A stretch of 55,099 nt of DNA, taken from positions 1 to 55,099 of the forward strand of contig CALKOM010000063.1 of NCBI GenBank assembly GCA_938091905.1, read 5' to 3'. The notes below the pieces were generated by a model. The model was not told the DNA's origin. It ran no database searches and saw only the letters and a list, made by a program, of their open reading frames with translations. Positions 11,071 to 19,674 of this stretch are shown here, one piece after another. Each line of letters opens with the position of its first letter. Position 1 is the first letter of the stretch. The position numbers and the translations under genes are program-made. The DNA is from an uncultured Verrucomicrobiales bacterium. Lineage in GTDB: Bacteria > Verrucomicrobiota > Verrucomicrobiia > Verrucomicrobiales > DEV007.

Positions 11071-11816
11071 GAGTTTAAATTATGAATGGTGTCGAGTAGA
11101 TCTGGGTAGGAATTGCAAGTGGCATCAGCCGATGTTGTCGTGGCGTCGACGTCACGGGTAGCCGTAAACAGGATGGCCTTCATGCCCATGGCCTGGGCAC
11201 CCTTGATATCGTTGTGATCTCGATCGCCGATATGAACGACTTCTCCTGGGGAGAGCTTCATCTCGCGGAGCACGGTGGTGAACATGTCTGGATGTGGTTT
11301 TGAATGGCCAATTTCATCCGAGAATGCGAATGCAGAGAAGTAGTCGACAATCTGATGGTTTCCTAGTAACCGTCGAAGTTCCATCCCTGGAGTGACTATG
11401 GCATCCGATACAATAGCGAGTTGATAATCTTTTGATAGGATCTGAAGCGTTTTCAAGCAATCTTCGATGATATCGGGAGGCATTTCCACCTCCATGATGG
11501 AGGTGGCGTGGACGAGGGCATCCCATGCTTTGGGCTGAGGGCGATTTAGACCTCGGACGATAAGCTCGAGACGCTCTGCAATTGGCCAGGTGATATGGTG
11601 CTCTTTCCACACCTTGTTGAATGCGGCATCTACGGCGTCATAGGCGAGGATCACGGCCTCGAGTTCAATGGGTGCGTCCGCATTGAGGGCTTCCCACACT
11701 AGGTGCCGGCGTTCATCGCGTTTTGATCGAAGACCCTTGGCTGCACGGTGGCGCTCGTCAGAATCATCGTGAACGAGGGTGTCCCAAAGATCGAAGGTGA
11801 TGCCGCGTATGCTCAT
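11067..11816 (-). CDS. HAD-superfamily hydrolase, subfamily IA
   Basis: FDLWDTL motif I, IVSD motif II, KPHP motif III, HIGDRDHND motif IV. Confidence 0.9.
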   Translation of the reverse strand: MSIRGITFDLWDTLVHDDSDERHRAAKGLRSKRDERRHLVWEALNADAPIELEAVILAYDAVDAAFNKVWKEHHITWPIAERLELIVRGLNRPQPKAWDALVHATSIMEVEMPPDIIEDCLKTLQILSKDYQLAIVSDAIVTPGMELRRLLGNHQIVDYFSAFAFSDEIGHSKPHPDMFTTVLREMKLSPGEVVHIGDRDHNDIKGAQAMGMKAILFTATRDVDATTTSADATCNSYPDLLDTIHNLNS

Positions 11817-13153
11817 GACAGTCTGAAGTGCTTAGATTTGCGCCGAGTAACGCCCAGAAGTCCGTATTTGGAAAGGCTCGATCCGATACCGCTTTGGTTG
11901 ACACCTGTCCAAGGCAGCGCTGGGTCGAGGTAGTCGCACCGATTCATGAAAACAGTGCCGGTATTCGCGCCATCACAGAATTGCTGTGCGCGAGCTTGGC
12001 TCATGGTGAAGATGATAGATGTGAGTCCGTAGGACGAATCATTGATCAGGGAAAGGGCTTCGTCATCGTTTTTGACCTTCATTATGGGAAGGATCGGTCC
12101 GAAGTTTTCAATGGTCATCACGTCCATGTCGTGGGTGACGTTTGTTAACAAAGTGGGCTCGAAGTAGGTCGCTTGTCCGATAATCCGGGGCTTGCCACCG
12201 CGAATAACTTCGGCTTTTTTGGCAACCGCGTCATTGACCTGATCAGTCATGAGCGCGGCATTCGAGGCTTGGGCGAGAGGCCCCATGGTGGTTGATTCCT
12301 CACCAGGGGCACCGAGGACGTAGGCATCCAAGAGGGTAGCGCAATGCTCGACAAAGGAGTCGTGGAGGTCTTCATGAACATAAACGCGTTCGACGCCGCA
12401 GCAGGACTGTCCTGAATTGTACATGGCTCCATCGACCAAAGATTCCGCCGTAATCATCGGGTCGGCGTCTGCAGCCACGTAAGCGCCATCTTTGCCGCCG
12501 AGCTCGAGTTGGCAGTCTAACAAACCCTTTGCTGCCTGTTGGTAAACAGATCGCCCAGCTTCGACGGAACCGGTGAAGATCACGTGGTCGACCTCTCTCG
12601 TTTCCATGAGCTGTGCTGCGGTGGAGTGATCGATCACGGCGTGCTCGACGAGATCACTAAAAGCGTGGGCGAAATGGGCACCGATCGAGAGCGTTTGCGT
12701 TGCATGTTTCAGAAGCACGGTGTTCCCTGCGAGCAGTGAGGCCATGACTCCGTTGATGGTGATGAGCAGTGGGTAGTTCCACGCCGAGATGATGAAGACG
12801 ACACCCAGTGGTTCGTGGAGAATCGCGCGCTCAAAACCGTCTTTCGAGCCCAAACTCTCTGGCTCCAACGTGTCAATTGCGATGGACGCCAAGTAGTGTC
12901 CGCGTTCCAAGAGTCCGTCGATCTCGCCAAGTGCTTGTTTGAGCGGGCGGCCCATTTCATGAGAAATGTCTGCGGCGATGGCGTCTCGTTCCTTCTCGAA
13001 GTAGTTGAGAGATTGTAGGAGCTTCTGACAACGCTCTTCGATAGGGACGCGTTTCCAGGCGGCTTGCTGGTCTCTTAGGCTAACGATCTGTGATAGCACG
13101 TCAGTGCTTTCAAATGTGGGGAGCGGTGCGCCTGTGTAAGGATTGATTCTCAT
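11813..13153 (-). CDS. Aldehyde dehydrogenase (second ALDH of the operon)
   Basis: AWNYP, FTGS, LELGGKD, NSGQSCC and ENFGP motifs. Confidence 0.92.
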   Translation of the reverse strand: MRINPYTGAPLPTFESTDVLSQIVSLRDQQAAWKRVPIEERCQKLLQSLNYFEKERDAIAADISHEMGRPLKQALGEIDGLLERGHYLASIAIDTLEPESLGSKDGFERAILHEPLGVVFIISAWNYPLLITINGVMASLLAGNTVLLKHATQTLSIGAHFAHAFSDLVEHAVIDHSTAAQLMETREVDHVIFTGSVEAGRSVYQQAAKGLLDCQLELGGKDGAYVAADADPMITAESLVDGAMYNSGQSCCGVERVYVHEDLHDSFVEHCATLLDAYVLGAPGEESTTMGPLAQASNAALMTDQVNDAVAKKAEVIRGGKPRIIGQATYFEPTLLTNVTHDMDVMTIENFGPILPIMKVKNDDEALSLINDSSYGLTSIIFTMSQARAQQFCDGANTGTVFMNRCDYLDPALPWTGVNQSGIGSSLSKYGLLGVTRRKSKHFRLS

Positions 13154-14484
13154 GGACTTGCGAAACAGGATTCCAAGATTGCTAAGGCCTCGTCCATCTC
13201 CGACTGGGATATTGTCAGCGGAGGTGTCAAGGTGAGTATGGACCCCATGGTGATCTTAAAACTCAGGCCTTTGCCGAGAGCCACATAAAGGATCTTCTCG
13301 GCAGCTTCATTGGCTCGCGATCCATCGGCGTTTCGAAGTACGAGTCCGATAACGAGACCAATTCCTCGGACCTCATAGATGATCTTATGCTTCTGCTGGA
13401 GACTTGTCAGACGCTCTTTCACATAGCTACCAAGGGTGGTGGTCTTGCTGAGGAGATCCTCGCTTTCGATGACGTCTAGGGTCGCAAGGCCTGCTGCGCA
13501 CGCAGCGGGACTCTTCTCGTGGGTGTAGTGACCCAATGCCTGATCGGCCGAGACATTGAATTCTTCACGAGCGATCATGGCGGCTAACGGAAACACGCCG
13601 CCTCCCAATCCTTTGCCAATGACTAGGATGTCTGGCACAATGTCAAAGTGCTCGCAGACAAACATCTTCCCGGTTCGGCCTAGGCCACTCGGAATCTCAT
13701 CGAGAATCAGGAGCGCACCGTGTTTGTCGCAGGCTGCACGGACCCTTTGCCAATAGGATTTAGGTGGCACATATGGTGTCCAGCGAATGGTTTCCGCGAT
13801 CACGGCTCCGACATCACCGCCTTCGCGTTCCAATACGTATTCAACATACCGAGCGCTCATGTTGGCCCATTCTTCTGGATCCATTTCTGGCCAAGGACCC
13901 TCCAATGGATCGGGCGGTGGCACATGTTCACTTCCGGGGAGCAAAGGGCCAGCTCCTTTACGGAAGAGCGCTTCTCCACCAATACTGATGGCGTCCAACG
14001 ATGCGCCGTGAAAGGACTCCCACAGAGAGATTGTCTTGAATTTGCCGGTGACTGCTCGAGCTAACTTCAGCGCCATACCGATCGCGCCGGTGCCGCCGGG
14101 GGCAAAGAGCAGCTTGTCCAAATCGCCGGGAGCGAGTTTGGTTAGGCGTTTGGCTAGGGCAACTGCTGGCTCATTGGTAAATCGACGCGGGCAGAATGGC
14201 ATCGTGTCTAACTGATCTTTAATCGCGGCAATTACCTTGGGGTGTCCGTAGCCTACTTGGTGAACGGCATTGCCATGGAAATCGAGATACCGTTTACCTT
14301 GCAGATCCGTTAGGTAACTCCCATTCGATTCGGAAAGTGCTGTGAGGCAGGGTGTGGACAGCGATTGATGGAGAAACACCTCGGCATCCTCGTTGAGCAA
14401 CGCCTTCGTCTTGTCGTCAAGGTGTTCGGTATTCCATGCTTGTCGCTGGGAACTGAGGTTGGATTCGCCTTCGGATTGAAACAT
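13150..14484 (-). CDS. pbfA: (R)-1-hydroxy-2-aminoethylphosphonate ammonia-lyase (class III PLP enzyme)
   Basis: PbfA-type N-terminus SEGESNLS...W...FLHQSLSTPCL, plus DFHGNAVHQVGYGHP, PRRFTNE, FHGASLDAISIGGE and LGHYTHEKSP; phnWYA context. ATG 14484 overlaps the upstream stop (TAATG). Confidence 0.88.
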   Translation of the reverse strand: MFQSEGESNLSSQRQAWNTEHLDDKTKALLNEDAEVFLHQSLSTPCLTALSESNGSYLTDLQGKRYLDFHGNAVHQVGYGHPKVIAAIKDQLDTMPFCPRRFTNEPAVALAKRLTKLAPGDLDKLLFAPGGTGAIGMALKLARAVTGKFKTISLWESFHGASLDAISIGGEALFRKGAGPLLPGSEHVPPPDPLEGPWPEMDPEEWANMSARYVEYVLEREGGDVGAVIAETIRWTPYVPPKSYWQRVRAACDKHGALLILDEIPSGLGRTGKMFVCEHFDIVPDILVIGKGLGGGVFPLAAMIAREEFNVSADQALGHYTHEKSPAACAAGLATLDVIESEDLLSKTTTLGSYVKERLTSLQQKHKIIYEVRGIGLVIGLVLRNADGSRANEAAEKILYVALGKGLSFKITMGSILTLTPPLTISQSEMDEALAILESCFASP

Positions 14485-15767
14485 TACGATGACGCCTTGG
14501 TCTTTGTTCTGAAGAAGAGCCAGCTGCCCACGAGGCAGATGCTGCCAATCACTGAAGTTGCGTAGCACAGCTGATGGAAGAACTCAACTTTGGAGCCGCC
14601 TAACCCGCCCGCCATTTGCTCATAGGTCAACACGCCGATCACAGCCGTGTAGCCAAGTGCATCAGCCATCATGATACAGAACACCGCTGTTGCGACCGTT
14701 CCCAGGGCGGCAATCATGCGATCGTAGAAGATGCAATTGAAAGGTACGTAGGCGAGAAAGGTGCCGAATCCAGACCAGAACATCCAACTGGAATTCCCAA
14801 TAGCGCCCCTAGCATGGAGGTAGGTGCAACCGCCTAGTAGGATAGTGCCAGTCAATGCGCTCACATGGGTGAGGAAGAATCCTCGCCGATTGTCTCGCAC
14901 CAGAAAGAGGAGGGCAACGATGGAAAGCACAGCAATAGCGATCGGCAGATCAAGTTTAAGAAAGATGCTAGCCCCTAGCTCTTCGTCGCCGAGGAGTTCT
15001 TTGAGAAAGTTATCTCGATAGTCTCGGCAGACAGTGAGGGCAATGTAAGTTAGAAATCCTGCGATCAAGCCCGGGAAATAGACCATTAGGAAACGTTGCC
15101 GAGCCTTGCGATCCATCGGCTCTCTGCGCACACGAGCGCTTTCATCTTGTGACGAAGGGTTGGGAAGTTGACAGAGCAGCCAAACGCTCAACAGGAACAC
15201 CGGAAGGTAGCATAATCCCACTGCAAACGGCATCCAATGCTCCGGAACGCCAGCATCAATTAAGGTTTGTCCGATGAACTTCGCACAAGCGCTCCCGACA
15301 ATAAATGCGCAACACAGGCCAGCTCCCAACAACTCCGTTAGCCGTCGCCCCTCAAGAAAGCTAAATACCATGCCCCACACCATGCCCAATGGCAGCCCAT
15401 TGAAGAACATGGCCAATGCCTTCCCAGTCGATGGCAAGAGCGCCACGGCGAGAAGGGCTAACTGTGCCACTACGATGCTGCCAATCAGAGCCAGACCCCG
15501 TATCGATTTGGGCATCTCGGAGTTCACTTTTACACCGATGTACTTGGAGAGCGCGTATCCGATGACTTGGCTGATCACCATGGCGGATTTCAGTGCGAAT
15601 ACACTTCCAAAGAACCCGGCAGATTGTTCTTCATAAGTCCCTACGGAAAAGCCTTTGCGGAACCCATACATGCAAAGATAGGTCGTGAAGGCGGCAAAGA
15701 TCGCGTAAGCCGTGAACGCCCAAGTCGGTGCCTGTGTAAGTTTTCTATTGAGGGGAGAAGTAGCCAT
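14484..15767 (-). CDS. DUF5690 family multi-pass membrane protein, putative phosphonate transporter
   Basis: YLCMYGFRK, SQVIGYALSKYIG, NGLPLGMVWG..FSFLEGRR and RDYRDNF motifs; about 11-12 hydrophobic segments. Confidence 0.82.
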   Translation of the reverse strand: MATSPLNRKLTQAPTWAFTAYAIFAAFTTYLCMYGFRKGFSVGTYEEQSAGFFGSVFALKSAMVISQVIGYALSKYIGVKVNSEMPKSIRGLALIGSIVVAQLALLAVALLPSTGKALAMFFNGLPLGMVWGMVFSFLEGRRLTELLGAGLCCAFIVGSACAKFIGQTLIDAGVPEHWMPFAVGLCYLPVFLLSVWLLCQLPNPSSQDESARVRREPMDRKARQRFLMVYFPGLIAGFLTYIALTVCRDYRDNFLKELLGDEELGASIFLKLDLPIAIAVLSIVALLFLVRDNRRGFFLTHVSALTGTILLGGCTYLHARGAIGNSSWMFWSGFGTFLAYVPFNCIFYDRMIAALGTVATAVFCIMMADALGYTAVIGVLTYEQMAGGLGGSKVEFFHQLCYATSVIGSICLVGSWLFFRTKTKASS

Positions 15768-15775
15768 AACGTGAT

Positions 15776-17143
15776 CTAGGTGGAGAGAAAAGAATCTGCT
15801 AGAGCCAAGGCATCTTCAATGGCGTCTAATAGAAACTCGATTTCCTCTTCATTAACAATCAACGGAGGCACGATCCAAAGCCCAAACTTGTCTGAAGGCA
15901 CATAAACTTGGCGTTCCCGGAACAAGAAGTCGGAGACTTGTTTCACGATTGTCTCCTCGTACTTCTCGGTCGCTTTGCGTAGCGGTTCCTTGGTCGAAGG
16001 ATTCGCGACGAGTTCCATGGTCCAGAAGAGTCCCATACCTCGGACGTTACCCACGCAGCGGTGTTTCTGACCCAAGGTGCGCAGCTGTTCTCCTAACTGG
16101 GCACCTAGGCTGGCAGACTGCGTAATTAGTCCGTCCTCGTGGAGTACTTCTAGGGATGCGAGGGCGGCGGCACAGCCTAGCGCATGGCCAGAATAGCTTT
16201 GACCATGACCAAAGAGATGATGGTCAAAAGACTTGGAGACTTTCTCGCTAAGAATCGTGGCAGCGAGCGGACAGTAGGCTCCGAGCGCCTTTCCCATGAT
16301 GATGATGTCAGGCTCGACATCCCAGTGCTCGATGGCGAGAAACTTTCCCGTGCGGCCCATGCCGGTCATCGTCTCGTCGACAATCAGAAGCAAATCCCAC
16401 TGATCGCAGAGCGCGCGTATACCCTCGAGGTAGCCATCTGGTGGGACAATGATGCCGTTGCTGCCGACGATTGGTTCGAGGAGAAAGGCGGCGACTTTGT
16501 TGCGACCGCCCTCTTGCTCGATGATGTGGTTGAGATAGTTGAAGTGCTGCTCGACCGATTCAAAGTGAGGCCGATAGGGATTGGCATCAGGCGCCAAGAC
16601 GACACCGGGAACCGTTAGCGGTTCTTGAAACCAGCGTCTTGGGTCGCCACTGGCGGAGGCGGCTCCTGAAGAAGATCCGTGCCACGAATTGTAGCGGGAA
16701 ATGATCTTATAGGGATAAGGGTACTGCGAGGGGGCATCGACGGTGCCACCATCTTGGAAGACGCGATTGTATTGATAGAGCCGCGCGGCCTTGATCGCTC
16801 CTTCGACTGCCGCTGCGCCGCTTTGGGAGAAATAGACCTTCTTGTTTGGTGAGCCAGGTGTGAGTTCAGCCAGTCTCTGGGAGAGCTGAGCGGTTGGCTC
16901 GGTGGCGAAGTCGTCAGTAACGTAGAGGACTTTGTCCATCTGAGCCCGCATGGCTGCGAGGATTTTCGGGTGATTGAAGCCTAGATTGATGCACTCATGC
17001 GCACTGCGGAGATCGAAGATCTTGCGGCCATCCTTCGTATGAATCCAGCAGCCTTCGGTCTTGGAGACGGCAATCGGCGAATAGCCCGCTTGGGCGGACC
17101 AGCATTGCATGGTGTGGCGAGCCTGAGTGGCGGCAATGTCCAT
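15776..17143 (-). CDS. Class III aminotransferase (omega-amino acid/taurine-type), substrate unknown
   Basis: WSAQ N-terminus, SWHG..GDPRRW, LEPIVGSNG, DETMTGMGRTG and the PLP lysine in MGKALG. Confidence 0.88.
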   Translation of the reverse strand: MDIAATQARHTMQCWSAQAGYSPIAVSKTEGCWIHTKDGRKIFDLRSAHECINLGFNHPKILAAMRAQMDKVLYVTDDFATEPTAQLSQRLAELTPGSPNKKVYFSQSGAAAVEGAIKAARLYQYNRVFQDGGTVDAPSQYPYPYKIISRYNSWHGSSSGAASASGDPRRWFQEPLTVPGVVLAPDANPYRPHFESVEQHFNYLNHIIEQEGGRNKVAAFLLEPIVGSNGIIVPPDGYLEGIRALCDQWDLLLIVDETMTGMGRTGKFLAIEHWDVEPDIIIMGKALGAYCPLAATILSEKVSKSFDHHLFGHGQSYSGHALGCAAALASLEVLHEDGLITQSASLGAQLGEQLRTLGQKHRCVGNVRGMGLFWTMELVANPSTKEPLRKATEKYEETIVKQVSDFLFRERQVYVPSDKFGLWIVPPLIVNEEEIEFLLDAIEDALALADSFLST

Positions 17144-17149
17144 TAGTGT

Positions 17150-18259
17150 CTAACTCCTTGCTTCCTTGATCGCCTCTAACAGTCTGCGGATATCATCGGC
17201 GTTTACGTTGCCAATCGTTCCGATTCGGAAGGTGTCGCGATCAGTGACTTTGCCAGGATAGATGACGAAGCCGCGTCCTTTGAGGTCTTCGTAGAGTTGC
17301 TTGAACTCAAAGCCTGGGTCATCAGGGAAAGGAAACGCCGTTATGATCGGAGATTGCACTTCCTTGGGTAGGAGGCTCGGGAAGCCAAGTTCGACCATGC
17401 CCTCAGAAAGGACTCGTTGGCTCTCAGTATAGCGTGCACAGCGTGCAGCAATACCGCCTTCTTCCTGAAGTTCCTTCAGGGCCTGAGCGAATGCGCGAAC
17501 GGTGTGTGTGGGGGAGGTGTATCGCCACTTGCCGCCATTGCCGGACTCCATTGTCTTCCACTGATCGAAGAGATCCAGCGACAGCGATCGTGCCCTGCCT
17601 TCTGTCGCTTCCAGGGCCTTGCGGCTGGCGACGATGAAGCCAAAGCCTGGCACGCCTTGAATACACTTGTTGGCGCTGCTAATGACAAAGTCGATTCCTA
17701 GCTGAGTGACGTCTAGGGGAACACCACCAAAGGTACACATGGCGTCGACGATGAGCACGCGCCCAGCCTCTTTCACGATCGGGGCAATCGTTTCTAACGG
17801 ATTCAGCATACCAGTTGTGGTTTCCCCGTGAACCAACGTGACGTGGGTGATCGTGGGGTCGTCTAGTAGCGTCTGTCTCAATTTCGCTGAATTTGGCGGG
17901 CTCAAGTCACCGCTATCTTCGACGATCAGGGCAATCTTCAAACGGTCGGCGATCTTGGCTAAGCGTTGTCCATAGGCTCCGTTGGCCAAGACGAGCAGTT
18001 TGCCGTCAGCGGGAATCACACTGCCAATGACCGACTCCACACTGAACGTGCCGCTTCCTTGCATGAGTACAGCGGTGTGGGCGTCTGGCGAACCACCGGC
18101 AAGCTCAACAAGTTGTTTTCGGATGACCTGAACGACGTCGACATTGTAGTCGTCGTCCCAAGTACACCAGTCCCGCATCATCACGCGTTTGACTGTCGGC
18201 GTGGTGCTGAGTGGTCCTGGTGTTAGGAGCAGGTAGGGATTCTCGTCTTCGATTACCAT
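17150..18259 (-). CDS. phnW: 2-aminoethylphosphonate--pyruvate transaminase
   Basis: YLLLTPGPLSTT, DWCTWDDDY, QGSGTF, HGETTTGMLNP, SSANKCIQGVPG, KWRYTSPTH and GFVIYPGK motifs. Confidence 0.96.
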   Translation of the reverse strand: MVIEDENPYLLLTPGPLSTTPTVKRVMMRDWCTWDDDYNVDVVQVIRKQLVELAGGSPDAHTAVLMQGSGTFSVESVIGSVIPADGKLLVLANGAYGQRLAKIADRLKIALIVEDSGDLSPPNSAKLRQTLLDDPTITHVTLVHGETTTGMLNPLETIAPIVKEAGRVLIVDAMCTFGGVPLDVTQLGIDFVISSANKCIQGVPGFGFIVASRKALEATEGRARSLSLDLFDQWKTMESGNGGKWRYTSPTHTVRAFAQALKELQEEGGIAARCARYTESQRVLSEGMVELGFPSLLPKEVQSPIITAFPFPDDPGFEFKQLYEDLKGRGFVIYPGKVTDRDTFRIGTIGNVNADDIRRLLEAIKEARS

Positions 18260-19674
18260 GGAAGGGAAAAGGTCTTGGTGTTCGTCATGTATTTCATGGC
18301 CTCTATTACTCCTTCTTTGATACCAAGACCGGAATCCTTCACCCCGCCGAATGGAGAACTCTCAATTCGGTAGCCAGGCACCTCGTTCACGTTCACCGTC
18401 CCCGTGCGGATCTCTTTCACTGCTTTGAGGGCGTGCTCCATGTTGTTCGTTACAATGCCAGAAGATAAACCGTAAGCGGTGCTATTCGAGAGCGTGATCG
18501 CATCATCGATGTCTCGTATCGAGATGATAGGCGCAAGAGGACCGAACGACTCGTCAACGACCATGGTTGAGTGGCGTTGGACGTTTCCGATCACTGTTGG
18601 AGGGTAATTCGCCCCTCCATCATAGTTGCCGCCTAAGAGAATTTTGGCGCCGTCTTCGACTGCTGCCTTAACCACGGAATCGAGACGAGAAGCTGAAGCT
18701 TCGTTGATCACGGTGCCGACTCGGGTATCCAAATCTGCGGGATCTCCGCAAAGGTACTCCTTCCCGCGCTCGACGAAGCGATCCGTGAATGTCTCGAGAA
18801 CACGTTCGTGAATGAGCAGCCGTTTCACTGCGGTGCAACGTTGGCCAGAATTGCGGAAACAACCTTCGGCAGCCAGCGTGACGGCAAGATCGAGATCAGC
18901 ATCTTCGAGTACGATGAGAGGTGAATTTCCCCCAAGCTCAAGGCAGAGCTTCTTGTAGCCTGCTGTGGATGCAATGTGTTTGCCAATGGCGACGCTTCCA
19001 GTAAAGGCGACCATCTCCACGCGCTCGTCTTGGATCAATGGAGTGATGACTTCGTCGATATCGCCCAACAGGACGCTGAGCATCGGGCCGGGCAAGCCAG
19101 CCTCATAGAGCAACTCGACGAATCGAATCGCGGTGAGCGGCGTCTTATCCGATGGCTTGAGAATCATGGGAGCGCCACAGGCAATAGCTGGACCCAGCTT
19201 GTGAGCGACTTGGTTGAGAGGGTGATTGAACGGTGTGATTGCCGCAACAAGCCTAACGGGTTCGCGAAGCGTAAAAATCTTGCGGGCCTTTCCTTGAGCC
19301 GTGAGATCACAAGAGAAGATCTGGCCATCATCGCGCAGCGCTTCCATGGCGGCGAACTCTAAGACGTCGAGCGTGCGTCCAACCTCATACGTAGTTTCAC
19401 GCATACAAAGGCCAGCTTCTGATCGAATAAGGTTGGCGAACTCATCGCGGCGTTCTTCAAGCAAGTCACGGGCGGTGCGGAGGATGTCTGCGCGCTGGAA
19501 GCGTGTTACGGGCTCATGTTCGCCTGCACCGATCGCGATAGCCTGCTCTAGATCTTTCGCATCAGCGCAGGCTATCGTACCCGATAGTGAGCCGTCGTAC
19601 GGATAGAAGACCTCAAGCTTGCGGTCTGAGACCACTGGCTTGCCCGCTACATAGGACGTCAGGTTAAGCGCCAT
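18253..19674 (-). CDS. phnY: Phosphonoacetaldehyde dehydrogenase
   Basis: DDGQIFSCDLT..GKARKIFT, ITPFNHPLNQVAHK, NSGQRCTAVKR, EVPGYRIE and the C-terminal TFSLPW; lies between phnA and phnW. Confidence 0.94.
   Translation of the reverse strand: MALNLTSYVAGKPVVSDRKLEVFYPYDGSLSGTIACADAKDLEQAIAIGAGEHEPVTRFQRADILRTARDLLEERRDEFANLIRSEAGLCMRETTYEVGRTLDVLEFAAMEALRDDGQIFSCDLTAQGKARKIFTLREPVRLVAAITPFNHPLNQVAHKLGPAIACGAPMILKPSDKTPLTAIRFVELLYEAGLPGPMLSVLLGDIDEVITPLIQDERVEMVAFTGSVAIGKHIASTAGYKKLCLELGGNSPLIVLEDADLDLAVTLAAEGCFRNSGQRCTAVKRLLIHERVLETFTDRFVERGKEYLCGDPADLDTRVGTVINEASASRLDSVVKAAVEDGAKILLGGNYDGGANYPPTVIGNVQRHSTMVVDESFGPLAPIISIRDIDDAITLSNSTAYGLSSGIVTNNMEHALKAVKEIRTGTVNVNEVPGYRIESSPFGGVKDSGLGIKEGVIEAMKYMTNTKTFSLPW

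Noticed and set aside
11067..11816. HAD as phosphonatase PhnX
   Set aside because: Motif I is DLWDT rather than the PhnX DWAGT, no PhnX cap signature was seen, and PhnY/PhnA already process the aldehyde.
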